Positions 51,350 through 64,000 of a stretch of DNA of 64,000 nucleotides are shown in pieces. Both the position numbers and the translations under genes were made by a program. Position 1 is the stretch's first letter, and every line of letters begins with the position of its first letter. Source of the DNA: Lama glama (Eukaryota); contig CM052817.1 of NCBI GenBank assembly GCA_028534125.1, positions 14,200,001 to 14,264,000 on the forward strand, written 5' to 3'. The notes beneath the pieces are model-generated. The model worked only from the letters and a program-made list of their open reading frames with translations. It did no database searches and was not told the origin of the DNA.

Positions 51350-52471
51350 AAAATGGTTTGCATATTTTAATCAGTTAAAAGAAAGTATAAACAAGCCACT
51401 TAGATTTTGCAAACAAGAAATGTCAGGGGGCAAGTATACAGCAGAGTTGAAGTTCTTCATCAACTAACAAAAATATCATAAAAATTCACCCACCCGCTCA
51501 TTATCAAACACTTGGTTTTCATTATTATGATGTGGAGCTCTGGCCTTCAGATATCACTCGAATAAATTCAATAACACTTTTTCTCTTAGACTGATAAAGC
51601 GTGGCTGTAAACTCAGCACTATTATTCACATGGTCTACACGATTCTTTCCTTCTTCCATAATAATAAACCAACATAAAGTCATACACATGACCATATTAA
51701 AGTTAATTTCCTCCGAATTACACATCACATTCATAAGACATGACTTTGCATTTAGACAGTCCTTATCTTTTAAGATGCTCCAAGCACTGCCCCTGTGTTT
51801 TACTTATGCGAGTACAACACTGGTGTAAAGAGAGGCAGATTATTTTATTCCAAAGGTATCCATTTTCTGATCTGCACTTAAAACCTAAGAGTTCTTAAGA
51901 TCGTAAATGTCATATCCAAATTACTATTCCACTGAGCTCATTATTCAGTTTTTCACCAGTAAAAACAAGAGATATTTTATGAAAAAACATTCATTTATTC
52001 CTTCTACAGCTAGGTGTTGGAAAAGCTGTAAAAATGAATCTAAGCCAGCTCTGAATTTTTGGCTCTCATAGCCCAGTTGAGAAAAGAGATGTGAAAACCA
52101 CCCCAGTGTATCACAGGGCGATTATCTCCAAGTCTGGGGCATGTGGGGTCGGGGGAGGGGAGGAGGGAACATGGGTTCAGGGCAGGCTTTACTAAAAGGA
52201 GTTTGCACTGAAGTTTAGGAAATGAGGAGGATTTTGCAAGTGGCTAGAAAACAAGGAAACGCCACATTCTGAGGCGAGAAAAAGCAGCACCTCAACAAAG
52301 AGACACAAATGTGCCTGCAAAGGGAAGGGGACTGAATGACAAGTGCTCCTTCGATGCCAAAAGTGTTTTTGCTTTTAGTTAATTTATGCAGATTTAATTC
52401 CATACACTATGTGGGCAACCACCAGAATTTTCAATTGAGAATAGAGAAATCACAAGTCAGCTCAAATTATA

Positions 52472-52601
52472 GTTGGGGGGAAGGGGGTAGCTTAGTGGCA
52501 AAGCCCTTGCCTAGTGTGCACAAGGTCCTGGGTTCAATCCCCATTAAAGGTAAATAAACAAATAAATAAATACCTAATCCCCACCAACAACAAAAAGGAA
52601 A
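52472..52601 (+). mobile_element. Camelid tRNA-derived SINE (Vic-1-related) with 13-bp TSD
   Basis: gggggtagcttagtggcaaagcccttgcctagtgtgcacaaggtcctgggttcaatcccc; TSD agctcaaattata at 52459-52471 and 52602-52614. Confidence 0.9.
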
Positions 52602-54194
52602 AGCTCAAATTATAAAAGCAAATTTGGCAAGATCACATGGCGGCTGTTTTCTGCTGTTTTCGAACTCCGGAGAGGACGATGGACTTTGGCTTTTCCACCG
52701 CTTGCACACCTCCCCCCCACCGTTTGTAGCTCTCTCGCCGCTTGCCCCCCATGTCCGCCTGTTGCATCTCAGTGACGCCTCCTGAAAATGTGATATTGCC
52801 GCCATTTCACTGTGCGTATTACATTTTGGTATTTCCACATTCTATGGTAATATTTTTGTGCCACTAATAATTAAACATAATTTTAGGGATTGGAACCACA
52901 CATACATCTGCAGTCAGTATGTTTAATGTTCAAGAGACAAGGCCATGAAAGGATTCCCAGTGTTTGTGATATGTAAGAAAAGGGGTGTCTTCAGACAAAA
53001 AGCAGTTCCATAAGGATCATTACTACCTAGGTATCTATCCATGTAAGTATCTATCTACCCACATACCTACCTATTTACCTACTTATTTACTTTATACATA
53101 TTTCATATAGCAAAGGTAAACAATATAGAAAGATCTAACAGGTCATTTGCTGCCTTAGTCCTCAATCCCATTTATTTTCCAGGGGACATGACTTCACATA
53201 GATGGTGTAAGTTCTTCAGGATCCACTTACTAAAAAACAAACAACAATGAAAATTTTTTTTCCACATTGCAAAAATTCATCCATTTCAAATTCCCAAACT
53301 CCTCAGACAGGACCCACAGGACCCAAATTAGGGAACAAGAGTTGCTGGAGAAGGTCATGCTAATGATCACTGCTGCCTCTCCTTTTCTGTGTAGTAATCT
53401 CACTTCCAACAAGGTTTCAAGTCCATGGCTCGTCAAATCAGGTGGGAGGTTTTTACTCGGTAAATTTATGCATCATCTCTTTCGAGTAATTCATAACCCA
53501 CCTGAAATGCTGTAGAGAAGAAGTGTGGAGGTTGGTATAGCTAATGGAGAAGCAGTATGTTGGGAAATGGAGAAGATGAGGTTTAAAAAAACAAAGAACT
53601 CACAACATATAGAAAGTTTAGTGTCCTATATCTCAATCACACATAGTTAGAGAATTTACACGTATCAACTGTTGGCCACACACAATCTACTCTCTAATGT
53701 AAGTGCGGGGTTTTCTTCCTAACCTTTCTATCAACTTTGATGTAACAGACTCCCCAGGGAAATTACTGGGCTGTGGTCCTTTTGATATAAATGAGTCTGG
53801 ACTATGAAAAACTCACAGTTTCCCCTGAGTTTACTTTTTTAAGACCTTTTCTCTGTGGTAGTGTTAAGGCCTCAATGTGCTGGGACAGCATTATGATCTT
53901 TAGGAAAAGAGCCAAGGGTATCGCTCAACCAGTTTTACAGGCAGGTCTAACATGGAAGGGCCAGAATAATGATGCAACTTCACACAGGATCTGGGGCAGA
54001 TCATCAGGGTGAGCGCATTACGCGTTGGAGAGAAGACTCAAAGGAGGTCCTACATAAATGATGGTAAATGGCTTTGACAATTCAGGGTCCGTACATCTCT
54101 TCTCTTGGATCAGACACACCTGAACCAACAATCACAGGGCCCAGGTAGTAACAGACCTCCATCCTACAAGTGGTTCCTGAGAGCCAATGAGATG

Positions 54195-54400
54195 TAGGAA
54201 TATGAAAATGGGTTTTGGAATCATGGAAGTCAGAATTTGAATTCAGCTTTCCAACTTACTAATTATTTACCCTATGAACATTTTCTTGGCCTTTCTCAGT
54301 CTCAGGATCACCCAGATAACCCTAAAGTGCTGTGAAGAGTTATAAATAATGTATGTGAGATCTTTGGTGCATGTTTGACATTCAATGGGTATGAAGTATC
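54195..54400 (+). mobile_element. MIR SINE
   Basis: gggttttggaatcatgg...tttgaattcagctttccaacttactaatt...ctgtgaagagttataaataatgtatgtga. Confidence 0.7.
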
Positions 54401-57096
54401 ACTACATAAAGAATTTAGGTAAACTGTAACTATAAAATGTAGTGCTGCCTTTCTGCATATAGTGGAACAACTCATCACTGTACAGTGCCTCCCCTGTGTA
54501 AACCGTGAGGGTCATTTTATGTCTTCAGTTATCTTCAAACCTTGAAAGTTCTAGGAAAACATACAGTATTTTCTTCTCTTGGTCTAAGAACTGCTATTAA
54601 ATTATTGGATTTAGCATTCAGGTTTATGTTAGTAAATGTATGTACCTTACACATAACTTTTCCCAGTATTTTTACTCCAGAATGAAGAGACAATGGAGAC
54701 TTCAAGGTAGACATTAAATATCTGCTGCTCAGTGAAGAATAACACAGCACCTTAGCCTCGGTAAAGAGATCCAAAGAGGGTGTGGCACAGCCTGCTTTAC
54801 AAGAGACTTCAACATACAGGTGGGGTATCAACCACATCACAACCAGAAGCCAGAGGAAGGTCTTTGTATTTCTGACTTAGTGTTCTTTCCCTATAGCATC
54901 TTTTGAGCTTCCTCTTCTCAGTCCTTACTTCTTCCTTTTTGGATCTGCTTTGTACAAATTTTAGCTTCATAAAAGTTTCTACAAGATGTCAAAATATTCC
55001 ATCTCTGTATTTATGTAACCTGATTCAGCATCCAAACCTGTTAAATCTTGGGCATTTGTTTGACACCTCTGCCTTCCTTCCTAATATTATTGTTAAGGAA
55101 TTGTAGGTTTCTTTTAAGTCAGTCATTCTCCATCAAAACATAGATCCAGAAAATCAGACTTCTTAGTAAATATTTCAAAACTACATCTGAAAAAAATCTC
55201 CAACTCTCTTTTTTTCTTAGGCTTCTTGTCATAATATTCACACCATTTATGAACAATAATCTGGAACTGGTGTTTTAAAGTCTGGCTGAAAAATTGGATA
55301 TCTCAGATTCACACTTAGAACTCATCCGTAAAATAGCCAATGTAAAAAAGAGCAAGAAAAAACACCAGCTACAAAGCTGGCAAAATGGAATCAGCAATTA
55401 CCGGTAGACCGCCTGAAGAGACAGGAGACATTCAAAGATGGAACTGCCATCTCTGACATGTCTTCCTCTGGCAGAGTGGGAGACACAAGCCTTCCACCTA
55501 CTGACAAATGTGGAGGGTTACCGCTTTGGGACAAGACCCAGTAATCTTTGCATATCAGAAGTAAACAGATTATACATATAGCCAAAACAAACAACCTTCC
55601 CATGTTGATATTTTATCTTATCTTCTCTATAAGTAAAAGTAGAAGACACCAAAAAGTACTTTCTTTTGCAATATTTTCCTTCTTCATAATTATCTTTCCC
55701 CCTTAAAACTGTCAAATATTCATCATTAAATTCTGACATTATGTTTTTCCTAACCTGTTGATCTCCATTTATTAGCAAAGCATCTGACATGCAGTCAGCA
55801 CAGAATAAAATGTATGAAATTAAATTACTAATTAATTCAGGGATCTTCTGTACTTAAAGGGGGAATCATACTTTAAAAGGAAGAAAATAAATTCTAGTCT
55901 GAACATTTTTAGGAATAATAAAACAAAAGGAAATCTAACACTGGTCCTGCTTTGGCAATATGTGTTCTCTTACTTTAGAGCAAACAAATGCGATACTCAG
56001 GTTAAAAGCACACAAATTGAAATAGCCTGATTCCTATCAAGTTCATTTGCATAAAATCTGCAAACTATACAAGAACAAGTCTATGGATAACAACATTATT
56101 GTCCCATAACTTCATTAATTTTGGTGCTTAGATCCAAAGCAGCTAGGACATCATTATACCATTAGCCTGGAGATGTTTACTTCTCCTTTCAGACTCCTCT
56201 TGGATAAATAATATGATGGTATTACTGAAATGACTTGCTTCTGGGGCAAGCAATGAAGCAGTTGTTCCCTCAACAGCCAGGCTGAACAGCCTTCACATTG
56301 TCTCAAAGAAGCCTGTCTTATGACTACTAATAAACTGTATTTTAAGGAGCTGAAAAAAATCAGTATATGAGACATCAAATGTGGAAGTGTCTAGGCAGAA
56401 AGATGACTTTCTCGGGAGAAGGCAGAAGAGGCTGAACGATATTTTTGCCAAACTATGGAATGGCTGAGAGCAAAATTTAGGAAAATCATGAGACAGGAAT
56501 TCAGAAAGCAGGAATATATACATCCAAATGGTCCCGGGGAACACTGACACTTAAATGCCAGTGTTTGAGTGCTATTTCAGGGAAGTTTTTGCTCAGACCC
56601 TAAGATTAGATTCAATGTCCCTGATATCAACGTCCTTTGTTCCTTATGCTTTTACAAATAAATCACTTATCACACTACATTGTGATTGCTTGTTCAGTTG
56701 TTTTTTTTCCCTCCCCAAATGCCTGCACACTGAGAAATCATCCTATTCACCATGGTTCATTTGGTGGCAAGCACATTGCGGGACACAATGTTGATAATCA
56801 ATCAATGAGAGAATCCTGATTTTGTTAATCATATATTAAAACACTGCTATAAAACTCTATGTTCTCTTTGGCAAGGCTGGGGAAAGTCCATTCCTTCATT
56901 ACCCAGAAGTAAAATCTAACTCCCTCAAGCCACACTTTCAATATGTCTAAGGAAGAAGGATCTATTTATACATTGGGTTTGGTGCTACATGGTGCCAAGA
57001 ATATGATAAGCTGATAACTGTTATTTCTCAAATTGTTTTTGTCAACACTCTACTCCGGGAGCACACACAAAAAATGAGGCACATGCTGTAATAAAA

Positions 57097-57672
57097 ATGT
57101 TCATAGCAGCACTATATACAATAGCCGAGACATGGAAGCAATTTAAATGTCCATCAACAGATGACTGGATAAAGAAATTGTGGTATATTTATACAATGGA
57201 ATACTACTTAGCAATAAAAAAGAATAAAATAACGCCATTTGCAGCAACATGGATGGACCTGGAGATCATCATTCTAAGTGAAGTAAGACAGAAAGAGAAA
57301 GAAAAATATCATATATCACTCATATGTGGAATCTAAAAAAAAGAAAAGAAAAGAAAAGAGAACATTAATGAACTCATCTACAAAACAAATGCGGACTCAC
57401 AGACATAGTAAACAATCTTATGGTTACTGGAGGAAAGGAGGGGAAGGGATAAATTTGGGAGTCAGATTTGCGAATGTTAACCACTATATATAAAAGTAGA
57501 TAAAAAACAAATTTCTTCTGTATAACACAGGGAACTATATTCAGTATCTTGTAATAACCTTTTTTGAAAAAGAATATGAAAATGAATATATACATATATA
57601 TGCATAACTGGGATATTATGCTGTATACCAGATATTGACACATTGTAACTGACTATACTTCAATTAAAAAAA
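57097..57672 (+). mobile_element. 5'-truncated lineage-specific L1 (ORF2 C-terminus and 3' UTR)
   Basis: ORF 57097..57336 (MFIAALYTIAETWKQ...WYIYTMEYY...FAATWMDLE) is the L1 ORF2 C-terminus. Highly similar to 5291..6170. Short flanking repeat aaaaatgtt. Confidence 0.95.
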
Positions 57673-57769
57673 TGTTTTTCTTTTTAGTGGCCATTTGCCT
57701 TGGTTCAGCATGCTTTGCAAAATGGCAGCCTAACCATCCTGAACATAACCAAAATAGAGCCAAGGCATT

Positions 57770-58533
57770 TCCTTCCCAATGCTTTGGTGGCTATGATTCT
57801 CTGCTCCTGGTTTTGCTCCTACTTGATGGTCACACCCTCTTAGTCTCCTAGATTCTAGTCTTTCAAGTCGTAGTCTTGGAACTTCTCTCCTCTGTCTATA
57901 CTCACCACCCAGGTCAGCTCATCCCGGACAATGCTGACAAATTCCAAATATAAATCTCAAGGCTGAGTCTCCTCCCTGAACTCTAGGCTTACACATCAGC
58001 ATAGCTAAGTATATATCTATTGGGCATCTCAAAAGTAACTAAAACCAAACTCCCCATCTTTTCTTGCCTCAAAGCTGTTTCACAGAGTCCTTCCTATCTC
58101 TGTGCATGCCAACATCATTTTTCTAGGTGCTCAGGTTAAAACAAAACAAAACTTTTTTCGTCTTATTCCATATCTAATCCTTCAGCAAATGATGTTGATT
58201 CAACATTCAAAAATAAAGACCTTCCTACCACTTGCTCCTAACTGCCATGTTTTATTCCAAATTTATTACAGTAGCATCTTAACTGGTGTCTCTGCATCTG
58301 TCTTTAACACTTATAGTCTACTCTTAAACCACCAGCCACAGTGATTCTTTTAACACAAAATCCAGATCAAGCCACATCTCTACTCAAGTCTCTCCCATGA
58401 CTACCCATCACATTCATAGTAAAGGCAAAATCCTTAAACCACCCACACCATTTGCCTCCCATTCCTCTCTGACTACATCTTGCTTACTGGCTACCTGCTC
58501 ACTCTGGTTCACACAGAGGTGATGCCCCTTTAA

Positions 58534-58564
<31 letters not shown>

Positions 58565-59000
58565 CCAACCAAGACCCTTGTCTCAAGGATCTTGCCCCTG
58601 CTGCTCCCTCTGCCTGGAATCCTTTCCTAAGGACATGTCTAGGTTTCATTGTCTTGCCTCCCTTGGATCTCAACTAGGAGTCAACTTTTCAACAAGGCTT
58701 TCCCAGACAATCCTATTAATGATGAATCCTTGCACTGCAAACTCCCATCCTCCTTGTTGCTTTCTTTTATTCCATGGTATATTGCAATATGACACCACGC
58801 ACGCGTGCACACACACATACGCACACAAACACCAATGCTTGGCTCTTGCATTTATTTATTTGTTACCAGCCTCTCCCCTCTGGAACCTAAGTTCTGTGAG
58901 CCCACAGACTTTAGTCTGTGTGCTTGGAGGTATATGCTGAGCACCTCGTACAGGGCCTAATCCACATGAGGCCCTCAGTAAACACTTTTTAAATAAATAA
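57770..59000 (+). mobile_element. L2 LINE fragment (L2a-like) with internal (AAC)n at ~58535-58565
   Basis: tcctccctgaactctag...ctaggtgctcagg...tcctctctgactacatct...ccctctgcctggaat...gaggccctcagtaaacactttttaaataaataaa. Confidence 0.85.
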
Positions 59001-61442
59001 ACAATTGTAGATCAGCATCTGGGATAGGAATTATCTGAGATCTTGGCTGCCTTCTATTAGTCACACGCTTTTGACCAGCAGCATCTTAACAGCAACGCAA
59101 ACTTTTAATTTCACTATTAGAGGCACTTCTGCATTTAATTTGCCAGGAACAAGAACACACCAGTGACTCCTCAGAAGAGATGCTGCTTTAAACTTTTTGA
59201 TCCCACTATTAATCTAGGGAATGTAATTTGTTGGAAGCATATAATTATTCCACCAGCAATTCTTATAGGCAAAATGTAAGAATTTCGGGATAAGAATTTC
59301 ACCATGCCCCCTCACATTAATGCAGATTAAAGATTTTTATGTTCTATGAAGCCACAAGTACAGCCTTATATAAATTAATTAATTTATTTTAATGAATTAA
59401 TAAATTAAATAAACACTTACTGCTGTGAGTAAAGATACGTAATGGAGAGATTTTTAAAGCAAAAGTATACCTAAGGCTCATTCCACTGAAAACTGCTGGA
59501 AGTATACAGAGAAATCAGAAAGCTTTGCAAACTTTGATCTTAACCAAGAAACTATTTTAAATGACTGTAGTTTTATTTATAAATGAAATACATCTTTCAC
59601 ACACTAGTAATTTTCTTCTTTCATTTGAATATTTTGTGAAACTGTAAAATACATAAACATATGCATGATATGTGGTGTGCTATAAAAGTTAAGTATTGTT
59701 TGAGAAGTATTTAATATATAAAGTTTAATAAATCATAAACTATATATGGTGTAAGATTCATTGATACAACCATTTTAGAAAACATTTCATGAAGCTGATA
59801 CTGCTACCTTACTTCCCATCTCTCAGGACCCCTGCCATTCATAGCCTGATCACCCATGTCTCAAAAACATTTATTTTATGGTTTTACTTGTCTTTTTCTT
59901 GTCTCAGTTGGGAGGTAAATCTAGTCCCTGTTACTCCCTTTTTACTGAGAGCAGATGTCAAAAACATCCAGTCTAAAGATACGGACATAGGATTATTTCA
60001 GAATGAATACAGTAAGTGCCTCCTAAAGATCACCTGGCTATCACACTGAGGAAGGGGGACTCAGTCCTAGCTCTTAAACATTGTGATGCTCTGCTGCTTC
60101 TTAACTCTCCACTGACATTTGCTGTTTAGTATCACAATTTATCAAATTAAAATATTTTTCTCTGGACTATAAATTCCTTGGAGAAAAGAATTCTTTGTTG
60201 TGTGTAACTTTATGGCCACATAGCACAGTGTCGCAACACAGCTAACACTCCTGTGTTTAGTAATGAATGAACACAGGCGAAAAAGCAGCTTTTTAGACAA
60301 GTTCAGGTAGAGCCCTCGATCCCACTAGTGACAGCAAGATAGCATATTTATCAGTGCCTGAGGTCTCTGCAATGAAGGCTGTGAGACTGGAAGACATTAA
60401 GATACCTCAAGGAAAATAAGTATCATAGGAAATCAAAAATTAAACACGATATTGGGATGACAGTATGGGCAAAGGAGGTAAAAGGGAGTCACAGAACAGC
60501 TGGAGAACATTGTCTAGTTACCTGCTTGGCTGAAATCTTGTTTTGATTCTGATTTGCTCTGAAATTAGCATCTGTTCAGAATCACAAACTCATAAGTAGA
60601 AGGAATAACATATGTCAGCTGGGCCTTTCTCCTACTCAGTTTAGAAATACATCCCGAGGATGGACGTCAAACTCATGCCTGAATTCCACATTATTGCTGA
60701 GACAGCCTGTCCCACTGTTAGACAATGTTATTTGTTATAAATCTTCCTTCTAGTATAATCCAACTTCTGCACACGTTAAGAGAAGGTACACACACAGGCA
60801 GGCGTGCACACACACACACAGAGTTACTATTTGCAAGAGGTGTAGCAGATCTCTGTTCATATGTGTAGACACAAAAATATACTTTCAGCATGGTGGAAGA
60901 TGAGGGAAGAGGTAAAGGGAAGGGAGTGAAAAGAGTTGGAAGGAAAATGTTGGAAGGATGTGAAGAATTGGTTACTGCAACCACAGGCATTTCAGATGGA
61001 CTAGAAAGTTCAAAGAACATATGGCAAAAATAATGTGCCACAAATGCCATGCTCATTCTCATCTCTGTGTTATTCTTAATCAAGTCATTTTTGATCCCCA
61101 CACTGGTCCTTCATCCCTGACATCCTAAAGGCTAAAAAGTATAAATGTACTGATATTCAGAACCCAAAGATGTGAACTATTAGGTCTTTATGGGAACAAG
61201 TCTCTAACCAGCAATGCTTCGAACAGTCTTCTGATATCCAGGACATAAGTCATGATTAACTTAATTATGTGATTCAATACTTTCACCACATTATCATTTT
61301 ATTCTGTCACAATATAAACACAGACATCAGAATAGATCCGACAGACCTGAACCAGTACACTTCAGAGGCAAGGCCGACCCTAGGACTTAATAAGAAACTC
61401 CAGAATCAGGAGTTGTCCAGTTTTCTTTATTTCTTATATATA

Positions 61443-61660
61443 CAGTTGACCATTGAACAATGTAGGGATTAAAAGCCTGAGGCCTTGTGCAGTCAAAAAT
61501 CCATATATAATTTATAGTCAGCCCTCCATATCTGTAGTTCCTCTGTATCTGTGAATCCATGTCTGAAGATGCAACCAACTATGGACCATCAAGGATTATA
61601 GTATTTACTACTGAAAAGAAATCTGCATATGTTTTTCAAACCCATGTTGCTCAGTAATTG
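61443..61660. mobile_element. Tigger1-derived MITE (TcMar-Tigger)
   Basis: TA + cagttgaccattgaacaa...gcagtcaaaaatccatatataa...ttcaaacccatgttg...ttg + TA. Confidence 0.8.
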
Positions 61661-62981
61661 TATTCCAATAATTCCAATTTTATATATATTAAATATACCC
61701 ATACTCATATGTATATATGTTATATGTATAAATTTAATTAAATACATTTGGCTATATAAACTTGGCTTAGTTCTTAGTTATAGCATAAGTTGGTCTTCTT
61801 TGGTTTACTATTTTGTAACGTATGCAAAATGAATATAATAAAGTAGGATATGAGATTGCTTGGAAAATCTACTAGTAAAAAGAATTCTTCTACTTCAACT
61901 CAGTTCTATTTATAAATTAGATTATGCCTGAAGACCATTCCGATGCCACATTCTAGGATGAAATGATGTATTACAGGGAAAATGATGCGAAACTTATTAA
62001 AACAATAGCCTCAGACTTTAAAATACATTTCAAAACATACTAAGTAATTGTTCCGTCTTTTCTTAGTAACTAAATTCAGTTCCAGAGAAGTGAGAATGAA
62101 GAGAAATAATACTCATTGTTACCTATTGTATTCTTTATGGCTACTCTGAAGGTCTGCATCTTTGAATTTATACTCATAGTAGCCCTAAAATATTTAATCC
62201 TCCCCAGAGTCAACCTAGCTATTTAACAGCAGGCTAGAGTCAAGCCAGCACTGCATCCAAAGCCAGAGCTCAGGAGCATGGTCCCACTCAGTGGTACCTC
62301 CCAGAGCTCACCTCTAGGAAGGCTCCTTCCTCTGTTCCCCTGGTTTCACTACAGCGTTGATCCGGGACTTCCTGCCTTGGCGATTATTGCCTCAATGTAG
62401 TCACCTCTCAAGGTGTAGTCAAGGCAAGGAGAACACCGGTGTTGAAAAGTTATAGCTCATCCACTGGATTCTGCCCAGTCTCTGAGCATGACCAGGGTTC
62501 AAATCATATGACAGTACACGGGAGAAATCAAATTGAAACAAAAAGTTTTAAAACACCTACCTCCAAATACTCCCAAAACACCACTCTTCTATTTCTATTC
62601 TATTTCTACACAATTTCACTTAACCAAAAATACTAAAATCTATATGGATATTAACGATAACATGTTTTAAAAGAAAATGGTTAACTTCCAACAGCTATGC
62701 CCTCTCCAGTGATCCAGGGGTCTCAGCCCTGAGAGGGAGGATGCGGCTTCCCTTGGGTACGCTTATCGCCAGGGACAATGGCCGCTCCTTATAACTGCAA
62801 TGCACATACTCTCTGTAGTTTTCTTTATTTTTCTTATGAGTCAGTCCTGATTTTTACATCAATCTTGTTATAACAAATAATTAAATTCCCCAGTTCAAAT
62901 TACTGGGTAGTTTCTGTTTCCTGAGTGAACCTTGATCGATACACACAGTAAACTGACTTTGGGAAACAGAAGTCTGAATAA

Positions 62982-63044
62982 ACACACACACACACACACA
63001 CGTGCACGCGCGCAGACACACACACGTGCACGCACGCACGCACG
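62982..63044. repeat. (CA)n/(CG)n/(CACG)n alternating purine-pyrimidine repeat
   Basis: Directly visible. Confidence 0.9.
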
Positions 63045-64000
63045 GTTTTTACTGGGGGATTTCCCAAAGACTCTAAAAGTACATCAATATACATTATAAA
63101 TTTTTAAAATGATAAATTATGCACAGAATTTCACAAACTTCTATTGGTACAGACACTCCCCACCATACACACACACCAGGTAGTGTTCTGTGGGGCATCT
63201 CTGGGGACACATCTGGGGGTTTGAACCCACAGTACAGCTGAATATTAAGTGGTAGGAACCTGAAACCAACGCATGTTCATGGCAAACAGCAAGTATAGTT
63301 TTTATAAGTTTTTACATGCCAGTAGGTCAACGATTTTTCTTTTTATTAGTTTTATCAAAGAGCTATAGAATAATGTTTTCCACATTTTCCTGCCCTTGAC
63401 TACCTGAGACAACACCTGCTCATGAATATCCATGTATCTCAACAGCCAGGAGAGCAGGAGTTCTCAGTCAAGAGAGTGGAGGCGGGACAACCTCTCCGGG
63501 GGCGCAGTAATACCTTGAGAACGGAGAGAAGGGGGAGATTTTATTTCATAGTCTCCATTTGATAACTCCTGATCCAGAACGTTTGGGCTTTCCCATAAAT
63601 GTGTATGACATCCATGGGAAGTTGCAGACATAATCAGATTTTTGACTCTTTGCAGCTTGAGACGGAATCACTTGGGAAAAGACCTGGCAGAGGGCTCTGC
63701 TTTTAGAAATGTATGACTTACGTAATACGTGTCAGACGCTATCAAAATCCGGGGCTCTGACATGCTGCAGGACAGAGCGCTGGTGGAAGCTATTACTACC
63801 TTTTATGTATATACGCCAAAATATTGTTAAGGAAATGTAATTATCAGCAGAGAGGTTCATTTATCCAAATTATTCTGGGCTACCAAAGAAGCTTGACATG
63901 TAAACAATTTAGACAAAGATTCTAATAATCTAGCTATACCAAGGATCTGCAATTTGTCACACGGTGCCCTCTGAGTCACAGCCTGGCGTCTTTGAAGTAT

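Noticed and set aside
1..64000. ORF-track entries as genes, or a prokaryote-style novel system (operon, CRISPR, defence island)
   Set aside because: The sequence is mammalian intronic DNA. The ORFs are short, many start at TTG/GTG, and they overlap repeats or low-complexity DNA. No regularly spaced repeat array was seen.
36400..64000. Orthologues of the human KCNIP4 intronic ncRNAs (38A, KCNIP4-IT1)
   Set aside because: I cannot place them from sequence alone, and I found no convincing Pol III type-3 promoter arrangement. An alignment to human is needed.

Overview
AT-rich mammalian genomic DNA, almost certainly camelid: it carries three Vic-1-type tRNA-derived SINEs and several similar, well-preserved L1 3' ends. 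About 99.9% of the window is non-coding. The only protein-coding sequence I can support is an 88-nt coding exon on the minus strand (35907..35820; MSGCRKRCKREILKFAQYLLRLLTGSLHT plus a phase-1 G, then a GTAATG donor). I recognise it from memory as an alternative first exon of KCNIP4 (Kv channel-interacting protein 4, KChIP4). It is too short to appear in the ORF track. The rest is KCNIP4 intron filled with MIR, L2, L1, MaLR/ERVL LTRs and DNA-transposon fossils, plus a 500-N scaffold gap. None of the ORF-track entries is a credible gene. I found no evidence of a novel multi-gene system. The best leads are regulatory: a possible unannotated TATA-driven mini first exon at ~16.3 kb, a latent splice acceptor in the KCNIP4 exon's 5' UTR, a CpG patch bracketed by inverted YY1 motifs at ~52.7 kb, and a probable L1 3' transduction at ~42.7 kb. 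Repeat family names come from recalled consensus sequences, and their boundaries are approximate unless a target-site duplication (TSD) is given.
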